A DNA stretch of 64,000 nt from Thermodesulfobacteriota bacterium (GTDB taxonomy: Bacteria; Desulfobacterota; Desulfarculia; JACQYL01): positions 1,792,001 to 1,856,000 of the forward strand of contig CAXXLZ010000002.1 in the NCBI GenBank assembly GCA_963675595.2. The letters run 5' to 3'. A program made the translations under genes and the position numbers. This document shows positions 46,913 through 56,644 of the stretch, piece by piece. Under the pieces are notes generated by a model. The model did not search any database. It had not been told where the DNA came from and saw only the letters and a program-made list of their open reading frames with translations. How positions within the stretch are numbered: position 1 is the first letter of the stretch; every line of letters begins with the position of its first letter.

Positions 46913-47350
46913 CTAGTCGGTTCCCATTGTCTCATTGCGGCTCAGGGGCCACTGACCGCGCTCCTGCAAGAGAGACTTGAGCACCTTCAGGCCGGAGTTC
47001 ACCACGGGTATCCCGGCATACACGCCCACTTGAAAAATAGCTTCCGCCAAGTCGTGAGGATCGCATCCCACATTCAAGGCCGCGTGCAAATGAAGTCTGA
47101 GCTCGTCCGTTCTCTCCAAGGCCGTGAGGGCCGCCACGGCGACCATCTGTCGCGTCGGATGGGGCAATCGCTCACGGGCGTACATTTGGCCCGTGATGAA
47201 GAGTGAAAAATCCAATGCCAATCGCTTATCAAAGGACGCCCACAGGTCGAAGGGTCTCTCTCCGGAATACCCGTCGAAATAAAGGTTGGCTGTGACGCTG
47301 GTCTTCTTTTTCAAGGACTTCAGATAGTCGTCCTGCATAAGATGAGGCAC
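46913..47350 (-). CDS. Carboxymuconolactone decarboxylase family protein
   Basis: RQMVAVAALTAL...LRLHLHAALNVG...QVGVYAGIP. Confidence 0.85.
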   Translation of the reverse strand: MPHLMQDDYLKSLKKKTSVTANLYFDGYSGERPFDLWASFDKRLALDFSLFITGQMYARERLPHPTRQMVAVAALTALERTDELRLHLHAALNVGCDPHDLAEAIFQVGVYAGIPVVNSGLKVLKSLLQERGQWPLSRNETMGTD

Positions 47351-47855
47351 TCCATAGCGTTGAGGTCAAGTTTTCGGAGGTGGAAATTCGCAACAAAGAA
47401 AATCATGCGCCGTCTTTCATGGCCGCCCATCGTCCCGGAACGGAACGCCGTCGGCGAACCTTTGAAAAGGAAAACCCGTTTCCTCGAAATCTCCGCACTG
47501 CCGGGGGAATGGAAACCGGCTTACGAGACTCCCCGGAGCCACGGAACATACCGGTATGCGACCTTCAGGCAGTCTATGGAGTCCCCCCCTTGTTTTCAAG
47601 CGAAAGGCGAGAGGCCGGAAGATTGGAACAATGCCTGGAGGTTGGACGAGGCAATGGTTTTTTCAGCGATGATAGAAGAAGGGCGAGGTCTTTTTGTGTG
47701 AGTCCGGGGGCGCCCGAAGTTCGAAAATGTCGACATCGTCGAGCGGAATCGAAGTCTTCGCGGCGGAAGTAGAGGCAGGCACGGTCCCTGCGGTATATGC
47801 ATCCACGGCAATCCATAATTCGGCGGGAAAACCCCGCCCGAGGAATCCTCCGTGA

Positions 47856-48326
47856 TCAGTTCTCCGTCAGAATATGCTCGTCGTATTCGATCTCGAAGTA
47901 AAGCTTGTGCTTCGCTTCCTCCTGTGCCAATTCAAGGAACGTGTCTCTCAGGTCGTCCGTGCCCGCCGCGTTCGCCAAGTCCGAATACAGCTTGAAGGAG
48001 GCTTTTTCCCTCTTCATGGCAACGATCAGGGCGTCCTGGTAATCCATGTTTTCCGGGCTCACACTCTCGTCGCTCACATTCATGTTCTCGAGGTAGTCGC
48101 CGATCTTCAGGTCCATGACTTTCTCATGGAACGGCGGCAGCAGGTTTCCATCACGAACCATTTCGAGTTTGGCCTTGTGGCGTTTCTCCTCTCGCGCGAA
48201 ACTTCGAAAGAGGTCCCGCATATTTGATCTTTCCGCCTTTTCGGCCCATCCGGAGTAGAAATCCACGGCCTCCTGCTCTTTGTCGATGGCAAAGTTGAGA
48301 ATTTCGTTCACGGATTTGAACTCCAT
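47856..48326 (-). CDS. Ferritin-like / rubrerythrin-family diiron protein without rubredoxin domain
   Basis: AIDKEQEAVDFY, EEKRH, AMKREKASFKLY and EEAKH. Confidence 0.9.
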   Translation of the reverse strand: MEFKSVNEILNFAIDKEQEAVDFYSGWAEKAERSNMRDLFRSFAREEKRHKAKLEMVRDGNLLPPFHEKVMDLKIGDYLENMNVSDESVSPENMDYQDALIVAMKREKASFKLYSDLANAAGTDDLRDTFLELAQEEAKHKLYFEIEYDEHILTEN

Positions 48327-48546
48327 TTCCATTTCTCCCAAAAAGCGAAACCGGCGGTCCACCCCGGCCTCATCGGACATATCGGGGACCCGCCACGCGG
48401 ATTAAGCGATTCGATGAGTGTGCGACCGTTGAAAAGAAAGCGGCACGCCCAACTTCGCCTCTCCCCTCCTGAGGAACGGACGGCCGAGCATTCCCGAATG
48501 AAAGCAAGGGGACAAGAAGGAAGACCGTTATCGAACCCTGATCAAA

Positions 48547-48642
48547 TGGCGGAGAGGGTGGGATTCGAACCCACGTGCCTCGCTCTTCACGAGACAAGGC
48601 GATTTCGAGTCGCCCCCGTTACGGCCACTTCGGTACCTCTCC
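48547..48642 (-). tRNA. tRNA-Ser(CGA)
   Basis: GGAGAGG/CCTCTCC acceptor stem with encoded GCCA end, anticodon arm GGCGA-CTCGAAA-TCGCC, long variable arm and GGTTCGAATCC T-arm. Confidence 0.96.
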
Positions 48643-48695
48643 GCAGGTAGTCGATCTTAGTGTCATGATGCCGTTCGCCGAGACAATTCTCAGTT

Positions 48696-49151
48696 TCAGC
48701 ACCTCTTCATCGCAAAGAAGTCCTTGAGAAGTCTGGAGCATTCCTCTTCGAGAATCCCGGCGACGACTTCGACCTGATGGTTCAATCTCTTATCGTAGAG
48801 CAATCTGTAAAGCGAATCTACGGCGCCGTAAGCGATATCCGCGGCACCGTAGACCAAGCGCCGGACTCTGGAATGAACCATTGCACCGGCACACATCAGA
48901 CAGGGCTCCAATGTTACATAAATCGTACAGCCGATCAACCGGTAATTCCCCAACCGAGCGGCCGCCTGCCTGAGGGCCGTCATCTCGGCGTGGGCCGTGG
49001 GGTCCATGGAGGTCACCGGTGAATTCCTTCCCCGGCCGATCACCTCGCCCGTCGGAGAAACCACCACCGCACCCACGGGGACCTCTCCTTCGGACATCGC
49101 CGAACGAGCTTGGACGAGGGCCTCTTCCATATAATGCCCGTAACCCGGCAA
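48696..49151 (-). CDS. tadA: tRNA adenosine(34) deaminase
   Basis: GEVPVGAV, DPTAHAE and TLEPCLMCAGA. Confidence 0.95.
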   Translation of the reverse strand: MPGYGHYMEEALVQARSAMSEGEVPVGAVVVSPTGEVIGRGRNSPVTSMDPTAHAEMTALRQAAARLGNYRLIGCTIYVTLEPCLMCAGAMVHSRVRRLVYGAADIAYGAVDSLYRLLYDKRLNHQVEVVAGILEEECSRLLKDFFAMKRC

Positions 49152-49158
49152 TGAAACC

Positions 49159-51456
49159 TCAATAGAGGATGCTGTTCTCGGGAGCCAAAGAGCGCTCCAC
49201 AGAGGAACGAAGGGATTCGACTTTCTGCCGAAATTCGGCGGTCACGAAATCGGCTTCCTCGATATGTTCGATGACACGAGGAGTCAACAACAGCATGAGC
49301 TCGGTCTTGGTCACCTTCTCCTCGTAATATCCGAACAGCCACCCCACACCCGGCAGCTTGCTAAGGCCCGGCACGCCGGAACGATTCCGCGTATTCTCCC
49401 TGCTGATCAGCCCTCCGATGAGGACGGACTGACCGTCCTGCACCGTCAAGGAAGTGGTGGCCACCCGTTTGTAAAACACCGGGGAATTCACCCCTTCCAC
49501 CACCGTGGTGGTATCCAGGTTACTCACTTCCTGGTTGAGTTCCAATTTTACCAGGCCCTGATCGTTGATGTACGGAGTTACGGTCAGAATAATGCCCGTG
49601 TCTCGATATTCGATGTTCTGATCCCGGGTCGTGGTTCCGCCGGTGGTGGTGGTCGTGGCGTTGGTCGTCGTGGTTTCGCTGGTGACGATGGGCACCTCGC
49701 GGCTGATATCGATCTTGGCCTCCTGGTTGTTCGAGGCGATAATGTGAGGAGACGAAAGCACGTTCACTTTGTTCTCCGCCGCATAAGCCCGCAAGGCGCT
49801 GACGAACTCGTTGACATAGTTGATCGTGTAAACGAGGCCCGAAGTAATCGGCGGGCTGGACCCGGAGAGGCCGCTGCTCCATCCGATCTGGGAGCCCGTC
49901 CCTTGTGCCCCCAGTTTTGTCCATTCGAAGCCGAAGGCGTTACTGTCGTCCAAAGTGATTTCAGCGATGAGCACTTCAATGAGTACCTGACGCGGATAAA
50001 CATCCAACTCTCGCAGGGTCTTTAATATGGACTTGTAGTCACGGGGCGTGGCTCGAATCAGAATGGCGTTGTTGGTCTCATCGAAAACGAACTTCACTTC
50101 GCCCGTGGTCACACCGCCCACATCCCCCGCTGCCGAAGAGGGAGACGGAGGAGGGGCCGGCTGCCCGGGTTTGTTCGTCGCCCGTCTTGTGGTGGTGGTT
50201 GAGGACTTCTTCTTGGAGCTCTCCTTCTTCCCCTCCCCATAGATTTGCTCCAACACATCCACGATATCTTCGGCCTTGGAGTTCTGAACCCGATAGACGA
50301 AAACGCGTTCTTCGTTTTCGTGGGCCTCCGAGTCCAAAGTGTTGATCACCATTTCTATTTTCTCGAACAGCTCCGGCATGGAACTCACTACCAGAATCGA
50401 ATTAATCCTGGGAATGGGGGTGAAGCTGAAAGTGAAGTCCTGCCCCATGCGTTCCATCAGTTTGATGGACTCGAAGGCCGCCTTGAAGTCATCTCCGACA
50501 TCTTCGACACTGGCGTTTTCCAGGGTGTATAGACGAAAGTGCACATCCGCGAAACTGTTGATGTCCAAGGCATCCACAATGCTCCGGATCCGGACGACGT
50601 TTTCCGGATCGTCGGCCAGAAGCAGCAAGTTCAACAGAGGGAATTCGTAAAGCCCCGCACCCTCGCTCAAGAATGGACGGACCAGTTTGGCCACTTCGGC
50701 CACATTGACATACCGTACATGAATGGCTTCGATCACCAGTTTCCCCGTTTCGAGGCCCTTCAATCTCCTGATTTCCGGGGAAGTGATCTCCCCGCGCTTC
50801 AATGCCTCTCCCAGAGGAATGATCTCGTAGTAGCCGTTCTTCTTAATGGCCGCCACGCCGTTGAGCTCCAGCACGGTGTAGAATATCGCCTCCAATTGCT
50901 CCCGATTCAATTTGCTCTTGGTGTGGATGGTCACTTTGCCCCTGACTCGAGGATCCACCGTGTACGTCATTTCGAGAATCTCGGAGAAAACCTGCAGCAC
51001 TTCGTAGATATCAGCGCTCTCAAAATTGAGGACAATGTCCGGTGTCTCATCACCTTTGGAGGATTTCACCTTGGGTTGCCGTTTCGGAAGAGGCGAAGGC
51101 TCCATTCCGGCACTGGTGTGACCTGAAGGCAGGTCTTTGAAAGGCTGTCTCAACTTTTCAGGAATCTTCGGCGGCTCGGTAACCGACTCTCGCTCGGCCC
51201 GCCGCGTAGCGGGTTCCATCGACGGTTCACGACGCGGCGGCGAAGTCGGCGGCTGAGTGGTTGCGATTTGATCGAAGGCCCGCTTGGTCACGCGCACCAC
51301 ACCCTCCTCGGAAACGACTCCCTCGTCCACGCCCTTCACCTCAGCCGTGACCGAAGCATCCTTCCTTTGCGGCGCAGAAGCGCACGAAGCCAAAAGGCAC
51401 ATCGCCGACAGCAAAACCAGCCACTTCTTTGTGTTCAGCCCCAACATCATCCCCAA
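49159..51456 (-). CDS. gspD: Type II secretion secretin, lipoprotein type
   Basis: Lipobox LASC, N0 LNFESADI, QVLIEVLIAEI, VLSSP, DTGIILTVTP and IGGLI. Confidence 0.93.
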   Translation of the reverse strand: MGMMLGLNTKKWLVLLSAMCLLASCASAPQRKDASVTAEVKGVDEGVVSEEGVVRVTKRAFDQIATTQPPTSPPRREPSMEPATRRAERESVTEPPKIPEKLRQPFKDLPSGHTSAGMEPSPLPKRQPKVKSSKGDETPDIVLNFESADIYEVLQVFSEILEMTYTVDPRVRGKVTIHTKSKLNREQLEAIFYTVLELNGVAAIKKNGYYEIIPLGEALKRGEITSPEIRRLKGLETGKLVIEAIHVRYVNVAEVAKLVRPFLSEGAGLYEFPLLNLLLLADDPENVVRIRSIVDALDINSFADVHFRLYTLENASVEDVGDDFKAAFESIKLMERMGQDFTFSFTPIPRINSILVVSSMPELFEKIEMVINTLDSEAHENEERVFVYRVQNSKAEDIVDVLEQIYGEGKKESSKKKSSTTTTRRATNKPGQPAPPPSPSSAAGDVGGVTTGEVKFVFDETNNAILIRATPRDYKSILKTLRELDVYPRQVLIEVLIAEITLDDSNAFGFEWTKLGAQGTGSQIGWSSGLSGSSPPITSGLVYTINYVNEFVSALRAYAAENKVNVLSSPHIIASNNQEAKIDISREVPIVTSETTTTNATTTTTGGTTTRDQNIEYRDTGIILTVTPYINDQGLVKLELNQEVSNLDTTTVVEGVNSPVFYKRVATTSLTVQDGQSVLIGGLISRENTRNRSGVPGLSKLPGVGWLFGYYEEKVTKTELMLLLTPRVIEHIEEADFVTAEFRQKVESLRSSVERSLAPENSILY

Positions 51457-51576
51457 TCCGTTCTGTAAACCCGTTCTATAGAAACGACTTGACCTGAAGG
51501 ATCAACGAAGGATCATCCGCCGACGTCGATTCCCGCACACCCGGCCGCAAGAGGTGTCCGCAAGCTTCTTCGGACC

Positions 51577-52167
51577 TCAGGGTTCTTTCTTCTTGTCGTT
51601 GTCCTCCGCGGGAACCACTCCTGCCTTGTCCTTACTCAAACGAACTTCCAGCTTGTCCTCTCCACGGGCCACCAATATCCCCTCGTCTTCCACTTTCTCG
51701 ATCAGGAAATCCCGAACCTTTTGTCCTTCCGATACCATTTTCGTGACCAGCTTGACCCGCTTGGTTTCCTTGTCTTTATCAAGAAAACTGATGAGAGCCA
51801 ATTTCTTTTGCCCCGTCACGGCCACCCCGAGCAACTTGAATTTCCGATCGAAGTCCTCCTCACTCTTGGCCTGGGTCCTGCCCCCCGACGACTTCGGGTT
51901 GTCCGTTTCAACCTCCTTGCGATCCATTCGGAACAAATTCAGGTCGATGACCTGTTGATAAAACTCAAACGGATGATCGGGGTTCGGAGTGAACAAACCC
52001 GTTGAGAAATCGGGAACTTCGATTTTGCCGGCGTCCGCGCGCGCTTCCTTCTCTTGAAGCCGGGGTTCCGGGTTGAAATTTTCCCATTGCTTCGTCAGCA
52101 GCACGGAGAGAAAGCCCACCACAACCAGAAGGAACAGGTTGATGGGAGCCAGGTAGTTCCGAATCAT
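51577..52167 (-). CDS. Type II secretion GspC/GspN-like bitopic protein
   Basis: One N-terminal TM segment, NLF and KLLGVAV...ALI (GspC HR-like). Lies between gspM and gspD. Confidence 0.65.
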   Translation of the reverse strand: MIRNYLAPINLFLLVVVGFLSVLLTKQWENFNPEPRLQEKEARADAGKIEVPDFSTGLFTPNPDHPFEFYQQVIDLNLFRMDRKEVETDNPKSSGGRTQAKSEEDFDRKFKLLGVAVTGQKKLALISFLDKDKETKRVKLVTKMVSEGQKVRDFLIEKVEDEGILVARGEDKLEVRLSKDKAGVVPAEDNDKKKEP

Positions 52168-52724
52168 GGCTGCACCGTCTTCATCAACCCGCTCACCGTC
52201 ATATCCACCCGAATGTAGGAATTCCCCCGCCCGGACGAGTTTACCTTAAATTCAGGGACCAGAAACAGGTACTTGTGGTTGAACAGCGCGTAAAGAATTT
52301 TCGACAGGCTGGTAACAGTGGAGTCCATTTCCACTTTGATCTTGATTTCCTGGTAAGGTCCCACGGTGCCTTCCTGGAGCATCCTGGTGCGTCTGATCGA
52401 AACACCTTCGGCTTCCGTAATCTCGCTGAGTATCTTCTGAATCTCGGCCCCGATCAAAGAAGGGCGCTCCCCCTTGAACATTCTCTTCTCAAGGTTTTCC
52501 AAAGTGGAGATGTGGGCCCGATACGCACTACTGAGCGATTCCGCATCCTGTAGACGACGGTGGGCCTGGTCCATCTTCGCACTCAGCAGATCGATACGGG
52601 TCAACGTGGCGCGATAATCGCCGTACAGCGGTTCCCAGGCCAGTAGATAAACGGCCGCCACTACCAGGACCACTCCCCCGACCATAATCAGAATCCGCAT
52701 CCTCTCGCTCATTTTGGAAAACAT
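52164..52724 (-). CDS. gspM: Type II secretion protein M (GspM/PilO-like)
   Basis: MSERMR + TM + coiled coil + ferredoxin-like C-terminus, plus operon position. Confidence 0.75.
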   Translation of the reverse strand: MFSKMSERMRILIMVGGVVLVVAAVYLLAWEPLYGDYRATLTRIDLLSAKMDQAHRRLQDAESLSSAYRAHISTLENLEKRMFKGERPSLIGAEIQKILSEITEAEGVSIRRTRMLQEGTVGPYQEIKIKVEMDSTVTSLSKILYALFNHKYLFLVPEFKVNSSGRGNSYIRVDMTVSGLMKTVQP

Positions 52725-52726
52725 GA

Positions 52727-54097
52727 CTAGTCTTCGATCTTCATCGTAATGTTGAAATTCTCGAGAGTTCCCCGTTTCACCACCGGCGATGTGAACTCCA
52801 CGTCCTTGAAATTGGGAGAATTCTCCAGCACCGGAATCAGCTCGGACGCGTTCTTTGAGTAACCTTGAATCTGGATGACGTCGTTTTTCAGCTCAAAGTT
52901 CTGGACCCAGGCATGCTCCGGCACCAGCGGCGTGAGATGCAGCAGAACGTTTAGTGCATTGTGTCTGGGCACACGCGTCAGTGCTTCCATATCCGAACGA
53001 ATGCGGTTGATTTGTTCGCGTTTCCGCTCCAGCGCCTGCAGTTGCGGCGCGAGCGCATTGTACTTCTGCTCCAGTATCTTGAGCGAATCACGAGCCTGCA
53101 GGTAGGGAGTCAATAGAATGGCCATCCCGGCCATCAGGGTCAGAACCCCCAGAAACGCGAACAGGTAGATTCCTCCCATCTTCTTTCGCCTGCGTTTTTC
53201 AGGAGGCAATAAATCCAGACCGGGGGAAGGGCTCCCCATCTCCCGCAGGCCCGCTCCCATTCCATGAAAGACCCCCGGCGTATACCGAGGCCAACCGGAC
53301 TGCTGAAACGTTTCGGCCAGGTCGAGGAGGTGAAAAGGCTCCGGAAGCTCCTCTTCGTTTCCGGTCTCATCGGCGCCCATTGAAACACAGAAAACGGACC
53401 GAGCCTGCTGCATACCGTTCATCACCGCTCTTCCCCGGTCGGATAGAAGCTCCTTCAGACTTTCGTCGGGATTTCTCGAAATCCTTTTCCATTCCAGAGC
53501 GGCAGGGTCGTTCCACAGGGAAATCTCCCAGGACTTATCATCAGGGTGAACCAGCATCAGAGGGAACTGGAGCCTCTTTTTGCGGGCCAGCCACGAGACC
53601 GCCGGGATCTTGGCCGACACGGCAGGTTCGATCCTGACCAGGTTCAAACCCATTCTTTCGGTAATGCCTCTGTAATACTCATAACGCGCTCTCTGCAACG
53701 TCGCCAGGAGCACATGGACGTCCTCGGAGACTCCCTTGGTTCGCTTCAACACAAGGAAATCGAACAGGGCGTCCTCCCTTTTGAACGGAAAGTAGTTCTC
53801 GAATTCATATTCGAGCACCTGATCAAGATTCTCGCTTGCGGCCGCCGGAAGCACGACCTTCTTGAAAAGAAGTTCCCGGTCCGGAATCACCAGTACCAAT
53901 TCCTTCGGTCTGATCCGGTTGATGAGCAAATACTCGACGATTTTCCCGGCAACGGCCTCCCTGGAACGGTCTCCGGTTTCATTGGGAGGATAGGGAAAGG
54001 AGGCGGTCCTTTTGACGACGCGCCTGCCGATGCCTGCGGTTAGGTGCACCAGCACCGCTTCCCGGGAATTGAAATATAAGGTGAGCGTTTCAATCAA
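52727..54097 (-). CDS. gspL: Type II secretion protein L (GspL/PilN domain)
   Basis: Actin-like cytoplasmic domain (YFPF), DLLPPEKR + TM and PilN-like IQGYSKNASELIPVLENSPNF. Confidence 0.8.
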   Translation of the reverse strand: MIETLTLYFNSREAVLVHLTAGIGRRVVKRTASFPYPPNETGDRSREAVAGKIVEYLLINRIRPKELVLVIPDRELLFKKVVLPAAASENLDQVLEYEFENYFPFKREDALFDFLVLKRTKGVSEDVHVLLATLQRARYEYYRGITERMGLNLVRIEPAVSAKIPAVSWLARKKRLQFPLMLVHPDDKSWEISLWNDPAALEWKRISRNPDESLKELLSDRGRAVMNGMQQARSVFCVSMGADETGNEEELPEPFHLLDLAETFQQSGWPRYTPGVFHGMGAGLREMGSPSPGLDLLPPEKRRRKKMGGIYLFAFLGVLTLMAGMAILLTPYLQARDSLKILEQKYNALAPQLQALERKREQINRIRSDMEALTRVPRHNALNVLLHLTPLVPEHAWVQNFELKNDVIQIQGYSKNASELIPVLENSPNFKDVEFTSPVVKRGTLENFNITMKIED

Positions 54098-54316
54098 AGC
54101 GTTTCAGTCCTTTTTGCTCATCTAACGGGCATTCCGGCTATTCCATTTCCATGCAGAGGAGTCTTGTATCCCATCGCCGTTCCAGGACAGGCTCAAGTGA
54201 TCGAGGCACGTCATGGGAACAAAGCTCAACCAACGTTCATGGATCCCGAAAATCGAATTCCTGCCATCGTGAAAAGCGGAGAGGCCTTTGGTGGCCTGCG
54301 GCGACATGCGTCTCCA

Positions 54317-55375
54317 TCAAAATGCCGCATCCACCCAGCGTAACACGGTGTAGGGGTCCTTCTTGGAATCCGCATTGAACTCGACCACTGCGTATATTTC
54401 CTGGACCGCCCCGTTTCCGGTAGTGCCCCGACTTCGAACGGTGAAGCGTTTTCCCGTCTTCTCCAACGATGCATACTCCTGAACCGCGTTGTATACGTCG
54501 TCGCCCAAAGCTCTGCGGTAATCGTCCGCATCCAGAAACTCGGCGCCGCGCGTGTCCCGCAATTCGAGTATCCGGTTCACTAGACCGGGAGTCAGAAAGG
54601 GAACGGCCAGCAAGACTTCTTTGGGGGCCGAGTTCAGATTGATTTTCCCCGAAGTGTTGTAAATGGTGAGGCAATCCGCGAACCGCACAGACGAAGAGCG
54701 GCGTTTCTTACTTTTTTCCTCGGAGTCCGATTTCAATTTGGGCAAATCGCCTTCTTTGGACAGGTCTCGATACATCAATTCTTCGGTCATGCCGCGGACC
54801 AGCAGCAACTCTTCCACACTTTCAAAATCCCCGTTGCGTGCTTTGTACGGCGGGTCCAGTTTCTCGTAGTAGTCGTCTTCCGCTCCGTTCATCCGATGTA
54901 GGTTATCAGCGTCCCGCCAATCCTCGATGGAGTCCAGCAGAACACTCCGGTCCTCGGATTCCAAGCCGGAAAGCTCCAGAAAACTGCGTAAAACGGTGGA
55001 ATTCGACTTATTCAGATCGATCTTGCCTTCTTCCGAGAACATCTGCAGGGTGATCCGGTCCTCTCCCACCTCAACCACGTTCTCCGTTCCATCGAACACC
55101 CAGAGGTCTTCCTTTTCCGTCTGTAATTCGCTCAAACTGTCGGTTTTGGACTTCTCAACATAATCGTTTCTGCGCTGAAACTCCGCCACAGCCAGATCCA
55201 GCCCGGACAGCGCCAAGAAGTAGGCCCTGGCCCCGTCCAGGTAATTCCTGCTGATCCGCGCCTCCAGCCTCATATTGGAAGCGAAGTCAAAAGCCATCAC
55301 CGTGAGGAACACCGCAATCCAAAGAACAATGATAAGAGCAAAGCCCTGCTGCTTTCGCACAGGATTCCCGCACAT
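54317..55375 (-). CDS. gspK: Minor pseudopilin K
   Basis: GFALIIVLW (no E5), GKIDLN, DWRDAD, EELLLVRGM and INLNSAP. Confidence 0.92.
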   Translation of the reverse strand: MCGNPVRKQQGFALIIVLWIAVFLTVMAFDFASNMRLEARISRNYLDGARAYFLALSGLDLAVAEFQRRNDYVEKSKTDSLSELQTEKEDLWVFDGTENVVEVGEDRITLQMFSEEGKIDLNKSNSTVLRSFLELSGLESEDRSVLLDSIEDWRDADNLHRMNGAEDDYYEKLDPPYKARNGDFESVEELLLVRGMTEELMYRDLSKEGDLPKLKSDSEEKSKKRRSSSVRFADCLTIYNTSGKINLNSAPKEVLLAVPFLTPGLVNRILELRDTRGAEFLDADDYRRALGDDVYNAVQEYASLEKTGKRFTVRSRGTTGNGAVQEIYAVVEFNADSKKDPYTVLRWVDAAF

Positions 55376-55493
55376 GCACCGCCTCTTTTCAAAGACGCGA
55401 AACACCCGGCGTTCGCGGCTGCCGTCGCTCCAAGCACGCCCCACTACAACCGGCGTCCCACGGGAAGCGCACACTCCATATTCCCCCGATCCG

Positions 55494-56216
55494 CTATTTC
55501 TTAACGGATTTCGTCCTGATAATCATTTGCATGGAATGGGACACATCGTCATCGGGATCCTCTTCTCCCAAAACCAGAGCGACCCTGCCGGGCATGGCTT
55601 TCTCGTCCTCATCCCAAGAATCCTCCCAGTCTCCCTCCTCTTCGCTCTCTTTGGCCGCGTCGCTCTTGAAGTAATGGAAAACCGGCATGGTCTTCACGGT
55701 GAACAAGGCCTCATAGTCATCCTCATCCACGTCTTCATCAAGCTGGTCCGCGTCCAGAAGTTGCTCCTCGTAAACCATGAGGTCGTAGGTTTCGTCCTCG
55801 GATTCCCGCACTTCGTAACGTACGCGAAACAGGCCCCTTCTGCCGCCCCAGCGGAGAGAATAGGCACTTACGAACTCGACGGAGTCCTCTTCTCCTTTGA
55901 AAGAAGTCGGACTTTTCTTTCCTTTGTACGGATAGGCGCTCCTGATTTGCCTGGCCAGTTGTTCCCAGCCGTACACCTGGTCCTGAGTCGCTTCGATAAT
56001 CTCGTCGGCTTTCTCATAGGAACGGGCCGCGACATGGAAGGTGCCGAAAACGGCGGCGACGATCATCGCCAGAATCGTCAGGCTGACCAACAGCTCCAGT
56101 AAGGTGAATCCCGCCTCCGAACCTACATCCGTTCGGGTCCAAGGCCATCCCCCGATTCTCGGGCCGTATGTGGTTTCCATGACGCGAGAAGAACGGTTCC
56201 CGGTCCCCGTGGTCAT
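55494..56216 (-). CDS. gspJ: Minor pseudopilin J
   Basis: GFTLLELLVSLTILA prepilin motif. ATGA overlap with the gspI stop. Confidence 0.82.
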   Translation of the reverse strand: MTTGTGNRSSRVMETTYGPRIGGWPWTRTDVGSEAGFTLLELLVSLTILAMIVAAVFGTFHVAARSYEKADEIIEATQDQVYGWEQLARQIRSAYPYKGKKSPTSFKGEEDSVEFVSAYSLRWGGRRGLFRVRYEVRESEDETYDLMVYEEQLLDADQLDEDVDEDDYEALFTVKTMPVFHYFKSDAAKESEEEGDWEDSWDEDEKAMPGRVALVLGEEDPDDDVSHSMQMIIRTKSVKK

Positions 56217-56644
56217 TTGGTCACCACCACCTCTGTGCCGCTTTTGGGAACCGTTTTGAAGGCTTTGAACTCGACGGATTTCGTCCGCTTTCCACTCTCC
56301 CAGCGGACCCTTAGAACACAAAGATAGACTTTCAGCGGGAAGGACTCTTCCTCATCTTCATATTTCGAGTAGGGAGTGATCGTCACGTCCCACTGGTAAC
56401 CGTCTTCCAGCTCTCCTCCGGCAGGCCAGTCTTCGTTTTTGAACATCTTATCGCGGTTCAGAAGCAGTTCAAACTCACGCTTGCCCAAGATGGAAGCCCG
56501 AGCGAACTCTTTGGAAGCGGATGCCGAATGCATCGATGTGGCCAGCAACTCCAAAGCCGTGGTCACAACAATGCCCATAATGGTCATGGCCACCATGACT
56601 TCGAGCAGGGTAAAGCCGCCGTTTTCACTCTTCTTCCTGCGCAT
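56213..56644 (-). CDS. gspI: Minor pseudopilin I
   Basis: GFTLLEVMVAMTIMG prepilin motif and gene order. Confidence 0.82.
   Translation of the reverse strand: MRRKKSENGGFTLLEVMVAMTIMGIVVTTALELLATSMHSASASKEFARASILGKREFELLLNRDKMFKNEDWPAGGELEDGYQWDVTITPYSKYEDEEESFPLKVYLCVLRVRWESGKRTKSVEFKAFKTVPKSGTEVVVTK

Noticed and set aside
48547-48642. tRNA-Ser as an integration site for an island
   Set aside because: I saw no integrase and no duplicated tRNA 3' end in the window.
49631-49680. GGT/GTC-rich short repeats
   Set aside because: They are explained by the poly-Thr codons of gspD and are not a CRISPR or VNTR.
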